From: Marsupella aquatica
Lineage: Eukaryota; Plantae; Marchantiophyta
Direction of reading: 5' to 3'
DNA length: 64,000 bases
Assembly (NCBI GenBank): GCA_973895155.1
Contig: OZ316899.1
Location: 10,381,135-10,445,134 of the forward strand
This document shows positions 21,731 through 34,823 of the stretch, piece after piece. The notes beneath the pieces were generated by a model. The model did no database searches. It was not told where the DNA came from and saw nothing but the letters and a program-made list of their open reading frames with translations. The stretch's first letter is position 1; each line of letters starts with the position of its first letter. A program made the position numbers and the translations under genes.

Positions 21731-22188
21731 GCGGCCTACCGCTGTTGTGAACTGGTACAAGCAACTGTAGCTACCTTTGTGAGTTGTATCCTAGTTTCAC
21801 TCCTCTCGGCCTCTTAAGGATAAAGTCAGATTGCATTGGTGCTAGAGGTTGTTGGGCGGCCGATTTGCTTTTTGGGAGTGGAAGTTGATGGTGCCCGCCC
21901 TACATCTGTGGGCGGGTTAGTTCAAACCAAAGGGGAGCGCCCCAAGGGGAGGACAATGGGTCCGACGAGTTTGGAGTTAGCTTACCCGTTTGGACTGGCA
22001 TCCTACTTGGATAAGAGGGATAGGTTGGAATTTCCTAAGTTTGGAATGCGCATACCAACCTGGTTTGCATCAGCCTTATGGGCAAACCATTTGTTACCTC
22101 ATAAACATTTTAAGGCCCAAACTGGTCTAGGCATGTTGGAACATTTACCGAGGTCATGCGGATGTGACCATTTTTAAGGGGGGGTGCA

Positions 22189-23620
22189 AGTTGCGGAACT
22201 TGACTACCTTAACACTTAGCTCCAGCGTCGCTGACTCCGACGCCAAGCTCCCTTATGGTCCAGGCCCGGATAGGCCATCCGGGGAGGACTTAGCATGGGG
22301 AGACTTGTGAGCAATGAGACGTGGCACTAGCGAGGCAAGGGGCCAAGCTGGGGACACACATTAAGGACTTGGACTAGCCTGTGGCTGGTTGGGTCAAGGG
22401 GAAATGGTCCGGGCTCAAGGATGACGGTCCAGACCTTCGGATGGACTTTGAGTTATGAGGGCTTGGGAGTGAGCTCCTCTTGGGCCCAAGGCCAATGGAG
22501 TTGACGCCATTGGCAACGGACGCTTGGGGCGCAAGTTGTGGCCCAATCCGGGTTGGGCCGGTCGGGGGCCCCAGGCGGCGATCAGACCTGAGGGCCTAGG
22601 CATGAGCACTGGGTCATCCCGGTCACAACGGGCTAAGCCACTCTGCTTGCGGATGCCTATCAAGAAAGTTATGGGCGTTGCCAGTTGGTGGCGCACCCAT
22701 TATGAGCGATGGGATCCGGGTTGGGGGCCAAATGTTTAGGGACAAAAGCTGGTCCGGGGGTGGCAGGTCTCCAGAAGCATATATGAGGGGAGTGGTGTCT
22801 CCCTGGGGGCTAAGGCCGAGCCAAATTTGTGAGTCGGGGCGGTCGCGACACTAAGAGAAACTGCCAAACGGAAATGGCGATATCTTCCCAACGGGAAGTC
22901 CTCCTGAACTCAAGTGGGTCTGGGGGTGCCGTGGGTTCTCGTGGTTTGCGGGTGTTAGCTCGCCCGCTTGCCAAATCCTGCCGAACAATAGCCAAACCGC
23001 GTTCAGTCTGCCAAGGGAGCTTGCGTTGGGGAGGCAAGGCCAAGTAGGTGCGGAGGCTGAGTTCCAAGGGTGCTCGGCCCCTAGACCACCAGTGGGGCAA
23101 ACCGGGAGCGGTTGCTAGAGTCGGGGCCGTTCTGGTCCCGGCGTCTTGGGACAAGCTTTAGGACAAGCTACGCTATTTGGGCCATGAGCATGTCCTGAGG
23201 TCAGGGCGGTCAATTGGTGATGGATAGGTACGAGGGGGAACCCGGACCGCGCCCAAGGAAGAAGTTGTTCTGGACGAACAGTGGGCGTGGGTTCTGGTTC
23301 CGGCTTATGGCATCGGGAGGACCTATTGCTGACCTATTTACCAACGTCTGTTGAGCTTGAGTTAGCAAGCTAGACTTGGCGAGTTCTAGATCCTGAAGGG
23401 TTACTTACCGAGGTGCTTGGTTGCTTGTGCAGATAGGGAGGACCGTTGAGTAGCGGTCGTGTTAGAGAGCAAGTGTGGCTTCGTATGGGCGAGGCCGCTG
23501 GTGGTGCAAAGGGGCACTAAGTTGCTTGCTCGAGGTATTCCATGGAGGCGTCGGGCACCAAGGGCACTTAGGCGTGAGTGTTGGGATTGGTGAGGGCGTT
23601 GGGTGGCGAAGTCCACCACT
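22189..23620 (+). repeat. 3' LTR of element A
   Basis: Follows the PPT; matches 1-928 and the fragments at 25744-25983 and 48994-49875. Confidence 0.9.
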
Positions 23621-24332
23621 TACATCCTGTTAGCTATAGATTACTCCACGAAGTGGGTTGAAGCAGGGCTACGGTGAGGGACGATGCCGCCACAAGCGCC
23701 CGGTTCTTATACGAGCAGATCTTCACCTGGTTCAGGCCTCCTTTGGAATTAGTAAGCGACCGTGGAACACACTTCCTCAATTGCACCGTAGCATGGCTTA
23801 CGGAGCGTTACCTAGTCAAGCACCGCAGGACTACCCCGTATCACCCTAAAGCCAATGGGCTGACGGAGAGAGCCAATGGTATCATAGGGAAGATCCTCAA
23901 CAAGACAGTGGCCGCGCACAAAACGGATTGGGATGATAAGTTGTACGCAGCGGTGTACTCGTATAATCTAGCTTACAAAACTACAATGAGTCATAGCCCA
24001 TACTTTCTCATGTTTGGCCAACATTCGTTGGTGCCCGTTGAGTTTGAAGTACACATTCCATGAGTCAGCATTTGGGATCGCTTACCCGAACTTGAAAATT
24101 TTTCCGACCGAGCTTATCAAATTGAAGCCTTAGAAGAAGCACGGCTACTAGCAGCTCAGCACGCCGTAAAGCAATAGGCAATTTCCAAGAAGCAGCACGA
24201 CAAAGGACTACGGAAGGTCGATGTTGTGACATGCGATCTAGTCCTGCTGTACGATAGCAGGTACATGCAGTTCCCCGGGAAGCTTCATACTCGTTGGTTA
24301 GGGCCTTTCCTAGTCAATCAAATCTACCCTAA
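23621..24332 (+). pseudogene. Integrase core/C-terminal fragment of element C
   Basis: YILLAIDYSTKWVEA...ELVSDRGTHFLN...KANGLTERANG...GKLHTRWLGPF; stops present, deleted at the 3' end. Confidence 0.92.
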
Positions 24333-24594
24333 ACCCTCCCCTTTCCCCCTCGGGTTCGTACAACAAACTTTGGGAGGCGGCCACTGACACGCGCTGACCC
24401 GAACTAGCGGAGTGGCCGGTACACTGCAAGCGTGAAAGGCTTGGCCTATAAGTGATGAGGAGGCGACGGGCGATTGACGAGCTCTCAGGGTATAAAAGGG
24501 GCCGATCCTTTGCAGTGCACCAGTTCTTTAGTCCACGCGCCAGCTTCGACCCTAGTTCTCTTGCTTATCTTTAGTCACCTTCCATCTCCTTTGA

Positions 24595-25743
24595 ATGTCG
24601 CACACGATCCTTTCCAGTTCGGCCATACGATTTTGGATGCAGTTCCTGTGTATTGGAGGGCACTTGGCCGACTTGTTGAAACATGCCAACCCACGACGAT
24701 ACGAGATCGAACGTGAATATGAGAGAGCCATCCGCCTAGCAGGCCGCCATCACTATCTCCTTAACTTTGATTACCCATCCGAGAGCGAGCTTTACCAACC
24801 CAAAGAAATATTAGGGTACTTCTTCAACGGAGACAAATATATCAGCTTCTGGGAGGCATTGCTTCGGCTCCCGGACGAGGTCTTCAATATCTCGGGCATG
24901 ATCGACTTATAGCGGCACCACTTTGACCACATCCCTGCTCGGGTCCGGGACATCATCAACAGCGAGTCCAGTGCTACCCGATCTACGAGGGCGTCTAGAC
25001 TTGCATCAGAAAACCTCTACCGGCACCTATAGAATTTCATGGAAACTACACCATCAACCACCGGTGCCAGCCCAGCCATGCCCGTACCCGCACCAGCCCA
25101 AGCTCAGGCTCAGTCTCAGTCTCAGCCTCAACCTAGCCGATCCCCATCGCCGGTCGCCCGCCAGTACAAGTACGCTCCATCGTCAACGCCGTGGACCTCA
25201 GCAACGATGAAGACGATACCTTACCCCTGCTCAGGCGGCCTAGAGGAGCAAGCACCCTGGGAGCCGGCACTACATCGCCCCTTCCCTAGGCCCGGACCGA
25301 GTAGCGGCTCCAGCGGATAACACGGTGACCGTAGCCTCCTCAGCCCCAATACTAACAGCGGTGGCACTACCCATACCCGATCGAGATGATGGGGAGGTAT
25401 CACCCTCCCCGAGCCATCACCGGAGCCAGTCTTGGGGAAAGAGGAGGAAGGAACCCGCAGCTGTATCCGGGCTACCCATGGCCACGGTAGCCGCGGCCAA
25501 GGTACCAATGCATCGCATGGGGGAAAACGTGCATAAGAACATCCTCCACCCCAAACATGCGGTGTACTTGAAGACTTAGGGGTTCGAGCACCTCGCCTCT
25601 CTCCCCTGGAACACCTACAGATACTACGGGGAGGACATAATGGAGTTCGTCAAGAATTATGATGACGTCCGTCAGCATACTCGGCTGCGGGGGAGGAATA
25701 TGTCCCTCACAGAGGAGCGGCTCAGGATGATCTTTGGGCTACC
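24595..25743 (+). pseudogene. Accessory ORF of element C, 5' part
   Basis: GFEHLASLPW...DIMEFVKNY...TRLRGRNMSLTEERLRMIFGL aligns with B GLEAFVRLPW...DLLEFVGSW...TRIYGKDFYLTPKVIAEVFGL; TATAAAA at 24491. Confidence 0.78.
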
Positions 25744-25983
25744 AGTCGCGGAACTTGACTACCTTAACACTTAGCTCCGGCGTTGCTGACTCCGACGCCA
25801 AGCTCCCTTATGGTCCAACCTCGAATAGGCCATCCGGGGAGAACTTAGCATGGGGAGACTTGTGGGCAATGAGACGTGGCACTGGCGAGGCAAGGGACCA
25901 AGATGGGGACACACACTAAGGACTTGGACTAGCCTATGGCTGGTCGGGTCAAGGGGAAATGGGCCGGGCTCAAGGATGGCCGT
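25744..25983 (+). repeat. 5' fragment of an A-family LTR
   Basis: Matches 22189-~22428; cut by element F. Confidence 0.9.
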
Positions 25984-28900
25984 TGTCATGCCGAAAGATT
26001 TCGGCTTAGGAATGGCTTTTATAGGGGATGATGGGCGAGGCCTCCCGGTTGGGTTGCGTGCATGCTGACTCGGAGGGGCTACTTGGTTGGATGGATTGAG
26101 GTTTGGTGATTGGGTGACTCGTCGTCACCAGGTTTGGTGTTTGGGTGAGTCATCAGGCTTGGAGTTTGGATGAGCCTCGCTGATGGTAGCTGGCTCAGGG
26201 TGGATGGTTGGGTTTCCGATGCTACTTAAGACTTGAGCCTCGGCTCATTGAGGTTGGCGGTTGTCTATTGAGATCTGTTGAGTTGCATTCTGTGAGTTCT
26301 GCTCCATTCTGTGGAACTCGACTGTTGTGGCGGCGGTTTTGGAATTCTGGGCAAGTGTTGGATCCAGGTGTGGATTTTTTTATCCAGGCGGGGATTTCTC
26401 AAGTTTGGAGTCTCGTCAATCTAGGCGATGATTTCTCGAGTTTGGAGCCTCGTTGGTCTAGGCCCGAGTTCCGTGTGAGCTATTTTAGACTAGTGGAGTA
26501 GCTAGTCAAGTTTTGGTTTTGTGAGCTAAGGAGGTTCCGTCAGATTTTGAATAGTTAGTCACTCGAGGAGTTCTACTCGACAAGTTAGAGGTAGCGGCCC
26601 GCCGTAGGGCCAGCTACCAGACTCTTGCGGGCAAGCTTACTCGAGGGCACCTATTGTAACCTTTGTGAGAAAAGTAAAAAATATAAAGGAGTGAGAGTTC
26701 ACTCCAAAAAGTGCTTGTTGCCTGTCCCAATTGCAGCCAAAAACGCGCAGTTTGCCCGAGGAGCCCCTAACTTTAAGTCCTTGCGACATTGGCAACCATA
26801 GTGGGGAATCCTTGGGGCGATTGGATGAGATGGGTGACTATGATGAAGTCAATCGGATCTCAAGCATCGTCATGTCGATGATGAGAACCATAAGGAAGGA
26901 GGCGGGATACTCGAGACAAGGAAAGAAGGGTTAGGTTTGAAGAAGAGGAAATGAGCGAGAAAAGAGCCAGAGAAAGGGAAACCGATCAGGAAAGACCCGG
27001 GCTGGGTGCTTGGCAGGGATGTGGACTAGGCCATGTCCCCGGAGGTTGTAGCTGAGAAGTTATGGAGTCAACAAGCTCAAGGGTTTACCAATGCCGAGTT
27101 CTTTGGCAGTATGAGGCAGGAGATCCAGGAAGTGATCTTGGAGAGATCCAAGAGGAAACGGTTTTACAAAGAGGGCCCTCACATCTTGATGGGAGAGGCT
27201 GGCGAGACGGAAATTGGGAGTTTTCGAACTTACACTGTTGGGGCGTCCATGGGTTCAGGTAGTACGCTTGCTGGCCCCAAAGAGTCAGACTTGGGGAAAA
27301 CAAAGAGGGTCAAGTCCCTTGAAGAGGAGCTCATGAACTTGGACAATGAGTTCTTCGATGCGGAAGAGGAGCTCATGGGAACCGGAAGCAAAGCTGGATC
27401 TGTGGCAAACAGGGACCCAACTGAAGGGGGAGAATGAGAAAGCATTACCGCGCAGTTGAGGGCCATTCATGTCATGGCCTCAATGAAAGGAAACGGTTAT
27501 GCTTACCGAGATGGATATTGGGCTCGAGCAAGTCCGGAGAGCGAGTGCCAGTTGGAAGGAATGGAAGGCAAGGTGCGGGCGCTCATTGATACTGGCTCGG
27601 AGATCAACTTGATGGATCCAAAGGTGTTTCAAAAGGGGAATTGGCCGGTGGATAATGAGTTTCTTTGGAGTGTGAACTCGGTGAGTTCAATGAAGGACTA
27701 TCTTTGGGGCGGATGTCCAAATGTGATGGTCAAGTTCGGGAATGTCAAGCAGGCTTGTAACATTTTTGTTCATGAGCACTTGTTGTTTCCGGTGATACTA
27801 GGCATGCCGTTCATCACTGAATGGAGGATGGAGACGAAGGTTCTGGACGATACTACCTTCACGGTGAAGGTTCGAGGCAAAGATGATAAGGAGGTGGTTC
27901 AGTTTCCGGTGGTTCTACCTGGAAATAAGAGGAACCAAAAGCAGCTGCGAGATCCAACAGCGGCAAAAGTTGGCATTGCTATGGGGGAGAACCGAGATGC
28001 TAAGATGGATCTAAGTGCAAAGTTCAAAGGGGAGCCAATTGCGGACCAAAAGATGGGAAATCTAGTGTTTAAGGAAGAGTGTTACTCAGGAGAGCTACTG
28101 GACATTGGGAAGAATCTGAGTGACCATGGGAAGCGGCTGAAACAGGATGGTGAAGAGTTCAAAGACATTCGAGTGAATTCTGATAAGTTCATTCTTAGAG
28201 AGGGCTACCTTTGGCGGAAACCTAAGGGCCCCATGCTAGTATCGAGGAGAGTTATCGATTCTAAGGATGAGCAAAAGCGGATTTTTGAGGAAGTCTATGA
28301 TGCTGAGGTCAAAGGCGATTTGAAAGGAATAAGGGCGAAGGTCTGTGAGCATATCCGAAGGGAGTATTGGTGGCCAGATTTGTATTGGGATGTTCAAGAG
28401 TCGGTATGCTGACAATCGAGGGATCCGTCACAACTTGAAGAGGCAGATTCAAGAGCTTGATCGGATTGACTATCGAGTCGTTGACATATGGGAGAGAGTG
28501 AAGGTTTGCAAGGTGCGAACTAGAGATGAAATGGACTCAAGTTCCGACTTGAGTGAATTTGAAGATGAGGCATTGGTCTAGGCGCATCCGTTGGACTTGA
28601 GTTTCGAAAGTGGCTTGACTGGTTCTGATTTGGATGAGTTGGACTTTGAGTTTTTGGAAAGTGGAGTGCCTAAGGCCGAGTCTGAAGGCTTTGGGTTTGA
28701 GTTTCTTGAGGAGGAAGTGGTCCAGGCGCATGGCTCGAGTTCGGACTCAGATTTAGAGGAAATCTGATGGATTGGAGCAGACCGGAGGCTGCTCAGGTTT
28801 ACTGGGGGAGGATGTCATGCCAAAAGATTTTGGCTCAGGAATGGCTTTTATAGGGGATGATGGGCGAGGCCTCCCAGTTGGGTTGCGTGCATGCTGACTC

Positions 28901-29114
28901 GGAGGGGCTGCCTGGTTGGATGGATTGAGGTTTGGTGATTGGGTGACTTGTCGTCACCAGGTTTGGTGTTTGGGTGAGTCACCAGGCTTGGAGTTTGGAT
29001 GAGCCTCGCTGATGGCAGCTGGCTCAGGCTGGATGGTTGGGTTTCCAATGCTACTTAAGACTTGAGCCTCGGCTCATTGAGGTTGGCGGTTGTCTATTGA
29101 GATATGTTGAGTTG
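25984..29114 (+). mobile_element. Element F: non-autonomous gypsy-type LTR element (5' LTR 25984-26788; truncated 3' LTR 28813-29114)
   Basis: TGTCATGCC start repeated at 28813 after the PPT ACTGGGGGAGGA; LTR end ...GCGACA then PBS-like TGGCAACCATAGTGGGGA; ~2-kb internal region without RT. Confidence 0.85.
27456..28412 (+). pseudogene. Aspartic protease fused to an integrase N-terminal remnant (element F)
   Basis: ALIDTGSEINLM...VILGMPF protease motifs; C-terminal IRREYWWPDLYWDV integrase zinc-domain-like text. Confidence 0.75.
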
Positions 29115-29115
29115 A

Positions 29116-30463
29116 GTTCCAGAGGTACGCCCTGCACATGATGGAACCCTGGGGCGAGATCTCCGCTGCCCAAGTTATCCAGGTCGAGAACTATCAACCT
29201 AGGAAGTGGGCTTCGTACTTTGCTAAGAAGTTCCATGAAGAGATGGAGCGGCGAAGGAAGTCGCTATACATCGGCGGGAAGGCATATTTTGCGAGCCACA
29301 TTGAGATCATTCTCGAGTGGTACGCTCGGTTTGATCGACAAACCCTTCCCCGGGTCAACGTAACTAAGTTGGTCCCGACTAAGTGGATCTTCCCGGCCTT
29401 GGAGAGACGGCCTCAACCCGAGCCCCAAAGTCTGGCGGCAACGCAGGCCTCACCCATCCAACCTCCACAGGTAGCGGTAGCCGTGGCCGAAGAAGTACCG
29501 GAAGAGGCAGTGATCGCAACCTTAGACGCGATCAACCAGGCCGGGCCTGGTGCAGAGGTCAGGGTGGTGGAGGCCTTGCCCGAGCCCGGGTGTCCAGAAG
29601 ACCCACCAGTGGCTATTCCAGAGGACAGCCCGATGGTGGAAGAGGACACTCCAGCCCCTTCCAACACTACATCCCCAGGGCTAGATGTCACTACCCCGGC
29701 TCCCACGCGAGTTAACGTTTTCTCGTGCCCAACTCCAGACGGGCATAACCTGGACCACCCGAAACTCTTCGTACCGGGTACATTTCTAAATGGCCTTTTT
29801 GGGGATTTCTCCCAACAGATAGCCCGAGATATCGGGGAGTTCATGGCTCGGAAGGTAGCCTACTTCTTCAATCAGGAGTTGGTTACCGCAGTAAAGGCAG
29901 GTCGGGCTCAGTTGGAGGCCCTTCAGCGGATAGAGCGGTACCGGGTTGAGTCCGTGTACCTAAAGGATGAAGTTGCGGCTCAAGAGGCTGAGCTTCTGCA
30001 ACTACGACCCAAGGTTGCAGCCGTTGATGAGTTGTTAGCAAATGCGCATGCCCTTACCGCCTTAGCCGAACAGGCCAAAGCCGGGAAGGAGGCCGAGATT
30101 GCACGGCTCCGGACCCAGGTTGACAGTTTGAAGAACCAAACTGTCATCTGGCAGAAAGACCTAGAGGAGGCCAAAGAGCGGGCCCAGAGTGACACTACGG
30201 AGATTGCCACCCTGTAGGCCAAAGTGGCACGGCTTCAAGCCAAAGCCAAGAAATAGACCCAGGTGGTGGACAAGCTGACGAGCAATGCCCAACAACTAGA
30301 AGAGGCATGCCAGGAGGCAGTTGAGGAGACGGACGCGGCGAAGCAAGAAAACAAATCTTTGCTGGACCAAGTCCAGCTCCTCAAGGTGGACAACGATAGA
30401 CTCCATAGGCAACGGGATGGCCGCTCCCACTCGGACGGCTCTGGCAAGCGCACCAGACATTAG
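29116..30463 (+). pseudogene. Accessory ORF of element C, 3' part (Pro/Glu-rich linker plus coiled coil)
   Basis: KWASYFAKKFHEEM...IGGKAYFASHIEIILEWYAR parallels B DYNGYLLNQLKKIL...GSVSRLGYHMPLLCRYAR; same architecture; in-frame TAG stops. Confidence 0.72.
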
Positions 30464-31394
30464 CGGAGGGTTAGGCTTAGAATAGACTTGGGAATAGCTA
30501 AAACAGGCTGGTAGGACAAGTGTCGGCCAGAAGATAGCGGCGCTGACACATTAGCCAACCTGTGTAGAATAGGTTAGACTAATAGGACAAGCAGGCACCA
30601 ACTTAGCAAGGATATAAGTTAGCGTAGATTTGGGCAAGAGGCCAGGCCGGTCCTCAGCCCTTAATATTTAGCAGCCCCCTAGTAGAGGTTAGGGGAGGGG
30701 GATTTTAGACTCAGAGGTTGGCCATTCGCAATACGCGCGGGGAGTCCTGAACTTGGTGAAGTGTCGGAGTGCCAAGGGGAGGGTATACAACTAAGCTTGT
30801 TGGGCGAGTGCGGAGCCGGGCTCCGTTGTAGTGTATACTCCTTGGCCTTGGGCCCGTTCATTCACGAGGTGTCGGGTCAACCAATCGTAAAGTGTATGAT
30901 CATAAATGAATGAAATCCTTTCTCCTTAATTCCTTCATGTAAATCGAGATTTCTGTTATGTATGTATGCATGTATGAGTCTCGTGTGCAAGTATCAATGT
31001 CGGGCCAAACACGTTATGCCAACCGTGCACGGGGTGCCGGATATGGGTACGGGGTTGCGAGCCCGGGTTGAGCCCTTGTACTAATGGATCCGGATCGAAG
31101 GCGGTAACACGAAGGCTTAGAAGTCCGTGAGCCGGGGTCGACCCCGTGTCGGCTAAGGTACGTTCCGGCGGCGGAACACAAACTATACCTAGGAGGTGTC
31201 TGTACATAATAGTAAGCGCACTTAGCGCTAGTTTACGTGAGTTAGGAGCATTTTGTGCGTCCCTCCCTGCCCAAACCCTCATATTTACGAAGGATGTGCC
31301 CGTCTAAGTCAAAGCCCGGGTTAAGGCCTAGGCTGACAACGTGACAGTTTTGGTCATAACATGCCCATTTTAATTATATCTTGTTACAGGGGAT

Positions 31395-34300
31395 ATGTCT
31401 TCATCTTTTGAAATCTCCACCACAGACTCGTCCTCCTCTGATGAAGATACACCACCTCCACCTCAACATCACGCGACCGCACCTCCTCCTCGCGGTCGGC
31501 CCCGTCAACTTTGTGAATGTTCCAGATGTGTGGGTCAGGTTTCCCAAAAATCTTATATATGTGCCCAACATATTGAGAGATATGGGCGTTGTGGACGTCA
31601 TACGGCAGGGGCTTCTTCATCTCATATGGTAAGTGTTATGCCTTAGTTTTCCTACCCTATTCCCGTTACTCAATGGTTGAAGGTTTTTAATTTCACACCT
31701 ACTTTTGTTTGTTTTGGTTTCGGTGGAATAGGTATCCAATAGGCCTAGACCTGCGGCACAAGCACCCTATGTCCCATCACAAGGTGTTCTAGATGCTATA
31801 GGCAATGCATTCTCACAAGCCTTGGGTCTAGTGGCAAGGCCCACCAGTCCTAGGGAAGTTGGGGTTGAGGCTATTGTCCCCAGAGGGAGAAAGCGTTCCA
31901 AGAGGCGGGCCTGAGGGGATACTGATTTGTACAAGGCAGTGGTTACGGGTAGGTGGGGTGATTGTGAGTTCACTGGCAGATGTGTCCCTATCATCAAGGA
32001 CTGGGATCCTGAGACTCTTGGTTTGCCACAACAGCTTTCCTACGGTGAGGAGGTAGAGGTTTGGGGTAGACGTTGGGTTATCAAACCTTCCACACTTGGG
32101 GATAGACATGTCTATGGAGGTTTTGCCTATGAGGACATCATTGTGGACGCTGAGAGTGGTAGAGGTGGACGCGGTCGAGAGGGGCCTACTTTGTTTCCTT
32201 ATGGTGGACCCATCTACAAGAGAAGACATTGGAACATGATCCTTGCACAACACCCTGAGTGGAAGACTTATGCATTGGACATGGATACTTTTGATGGAAA
32301 CACTAGAAGGTATAGTGAGCAGCGTGTCATAGATGGGGACCCCATCCGATTGGGAATATTGCTGGTTTTATAAACAGTACTGTGGGGATTCGCCCTAAGC
32401 GTTGTAAGTAGTGGGTAATTCCAAAAGCATGAAGAAACTGAAATTTTTTAATTTTTTTACGGTGTTTAGACTGCAATTATTGCTAACTGTAACTAAAACA
32501 GCATTCAAGGTTACTAAGTTCCTAAGTTACGAGTAAACTCAGTTTACGAGTTTACTAGTTCATTGCTTTACGAGTTACACCTTAAGAGTTGGCGACCCTG
32601 TGATCGTGACATCTTACAACTAGTTCAACGGGACTCCACAACGGATGAAGAGCTCACCTTGAAAGGGAAGGAATGCAAGACATAGGCGCTCATTACTGAC
32701 TTCTCTTCCACCTTACCTCTCAAACTCTGCCCAGCTTCAACCGGTATTTCAGAGATGTCAAATGGAGACTTCACCCTTTCTATTCTAGGATGATGAGTAG
32801 TGATGAGTTCCTGTTTCATTATCCTCAAGTGTATGCTGCTACCTGCAACAACTATGATGTGATCGGGATGTACAGAGAAGCTCTTCGTATAGATTCATGT
32901 TATTTGATGAAGAGAATGCCTCTGATGTATCCTGAGAGACAACTGAGATGCCTACCTTACTCCAGAGGATCCCCACGCCAAGCTGAGCTGATAGAGGTTA
33001 CCCAGAACCGAATTGTTACCCTTGTGGAGTTACTAGAACCAGAGGACATCCGACAGCAAGCTTGAAGAAGTCTCTAAGTGTTCTTAGTTAGTTTTTTTTA
33101 AGAGTAGTGCATCTTATCTGATTTTTAGAAATGTGTTCTAGAGCTTTAAAAGCTGTCATACTTATTTACCATGTAGTCTGTACCTAGGAAAACCTCCTGG
33201 AAAAATCTCAGAGTTTTTTGACTTATAGTTAGGAAGTTAAAAATAGTTGAAATTGCCAAGTCATTACTTCTGTCGCAATTACGAGTTACGACTTAGCTTT
33301 TACTAGTTTAAGAGTTACTAGTTTCCGATTACGAGTTCCGATAGACAGCCGATTACGAGTTAATAGTTACTAGTTACGAGTTCATACTTAGCCATTTTTC
33401 CGGCTTTTCACTTACTGAATCGCCATTTTAAAATTTTGAGGGGTATGAAGAGGCATGTCTCTTCGACCCTGTGACCTCTCACTCAGTAGATTTTTACTGT
33501 AAGACCCCTCTACCACTAGTGTAGATGATGGTAAAGTTTAGCAATTTTTGTCTTTCCTTGGTGTTCTGCCAGTTGATCATGAATGTTAAGAGTTCGAGAT
33601 CAAGCTTGACACCAGGAGAAGACTTTCCTCCTTCTTGTGGTTTAATCCTTTGAATAAATCATGGGAAGTAAAATTCCAATTGTGTAAATCTTATGAGATC
33701 TGATGACAGATTCCTCTTTGGTGACTCATTACAATCTCCTGAGTTCTTAGAGTTAACTCACTGAGTTTAAGCCTTATTTGAAAGTGATGGATTTTCTTTC
33801 ATGTTGCTTAGTACCATCTAAATGTTGAAGTAGCTACCTTTTAGATCTTATCTGAGTACCACTTAGAAAGAAAGGATAAGACATGTTGACGACATTTTAA
33901 AAGAGTACTCTAGTAAGCAATTTAGATCTGAAAAGCAATATGGATTTGAATCCTTAAGTCTTTTCATTTTGACTTATGTCTAAGGAGTAACCTTGGTCTA
34001 CTCCAGACTTCCTTAGCATACTTTGAGATATTTTTCCTTGTGTTTTGTTAATCATTTCCTTTTCATTAATTTATGGTTACATGATGCTGAGTTGTCATTA
34101 AAAAACACTCACCGCTGTGGAGCGATCTTCAAAATACCTTAGTAAAGTAATCAATCCTGATTACTATGTGTTAAAGAGAGTTCTTAAACTCTCATTTGTG
34201 TTTTTATGTATCAAATCAACCCCATCTTGTTCTTTACGGGAACGAATACCGAGTTTGAAGACCTATAAATCTGTTTTTGGTTCTTCATAGCAAACTACAA

Positions 34301-34449
34301 GCGTAGGAAAAATTGCGAGTGGGTTTTCATTGAGGGGTCCTCCGCTAGCACCTTATGGCCAGACATATCATCATGACCATTGCCTAGTTGTAGCAACAAG
34401 GACCATTAACTCAGGGGATGAGTTATTTACTCACTATGAGTGGGATTAG
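31395..34449 (+). pseudogene. CACTA-borne SET-domain gene (exon 31395-31628, intron 31629-31731, SET exon interrupted by a solo LTR)
   Basis: Reconstructed VIKPSTL..YGGFAYEDI...LFPYGG...YAL...IDGD..GNIAGFINST..RRKNCEW...VVATRTINSGDELFTHY gives SET motifs in order; one TGA and two frameshifts. Confidence 0.8.
32403..34299. mobile_element. Solo LTR or non-coding LTR-type insertion (1897 bp)
   Basis: TGTAAG...CTACA ends; 5-bp TSD AGCGT at 32398-32402 and 34300-34304; removing it restores the SET reading frame. Confidence 0.85.
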
Positions 34450-34502
34450 GGTTAAGTTAAGGGGCATAGGTGATATGTTGCATATCAAATGACACTACAT
34501 AT

Positions 34503-34823
34503 GGGTATGGCACCGGTGACAGAAAACAGGAAAAACAGAAAAACAGGAAAAAAGTTACTGTTACGAGGAAAAATGACAATCAAAAAATATTTTCAAAAAA
34601 GTCACATTTTCCAAAAAACATTGAGAAAAAATAAATTTGGCTAGCTTTGGGCGCTAGCATTACCAGCGCCGGGCGCTGGCTAAAAAAATTAAAAATTCAG
34701 AAGAAAAAAACTTTTAATTCAAAAAAAATTACCACTCATTTTCTTGTTAACAGTTTCTATTTCCTGTTACCAGTTTATGTTTGCTGTTACCGTTTGCTGT
34801 TTGCTGTCGTTTGTAAATACCTC
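34503..34823. mobile_element. MITE (GGGTAT...ATACC ends), copy 1
   Basis: Long imperfect inverted arms; flanking direct repeat CTACATAT (34495-34502 and 34824-34831); related copy at 52917-53268. Confidence 0.8.

Larger units (their letters stand above)
1..23620 (+). mobile_element. Element A: decayed Ty3/gypsy chromovirus-type LTR retrotransposon (5' end outside window; interrupted by element B)
   Basis: 1-928 repeats at 22744-23620. tRNA-iMet PBS at 931, then gag, CCHC, protease, RT, RNase H, integrase and chromodomain in gypsy order; G-rich PPT at ~22176-22188. Confidence 0.93.
23621..31346 (+). mobile_element. Element C: decayed 3' part of a gypsy element related to B (integrase plus ORF-bearing 3' region/LTR), with nested insertions
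   Basis: Integrase very similar to B pol; accessory ORF homologous to the B LTR ORF; apparent terminus ...ACAACGTGACA at 31346. Confidence 0.75.
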
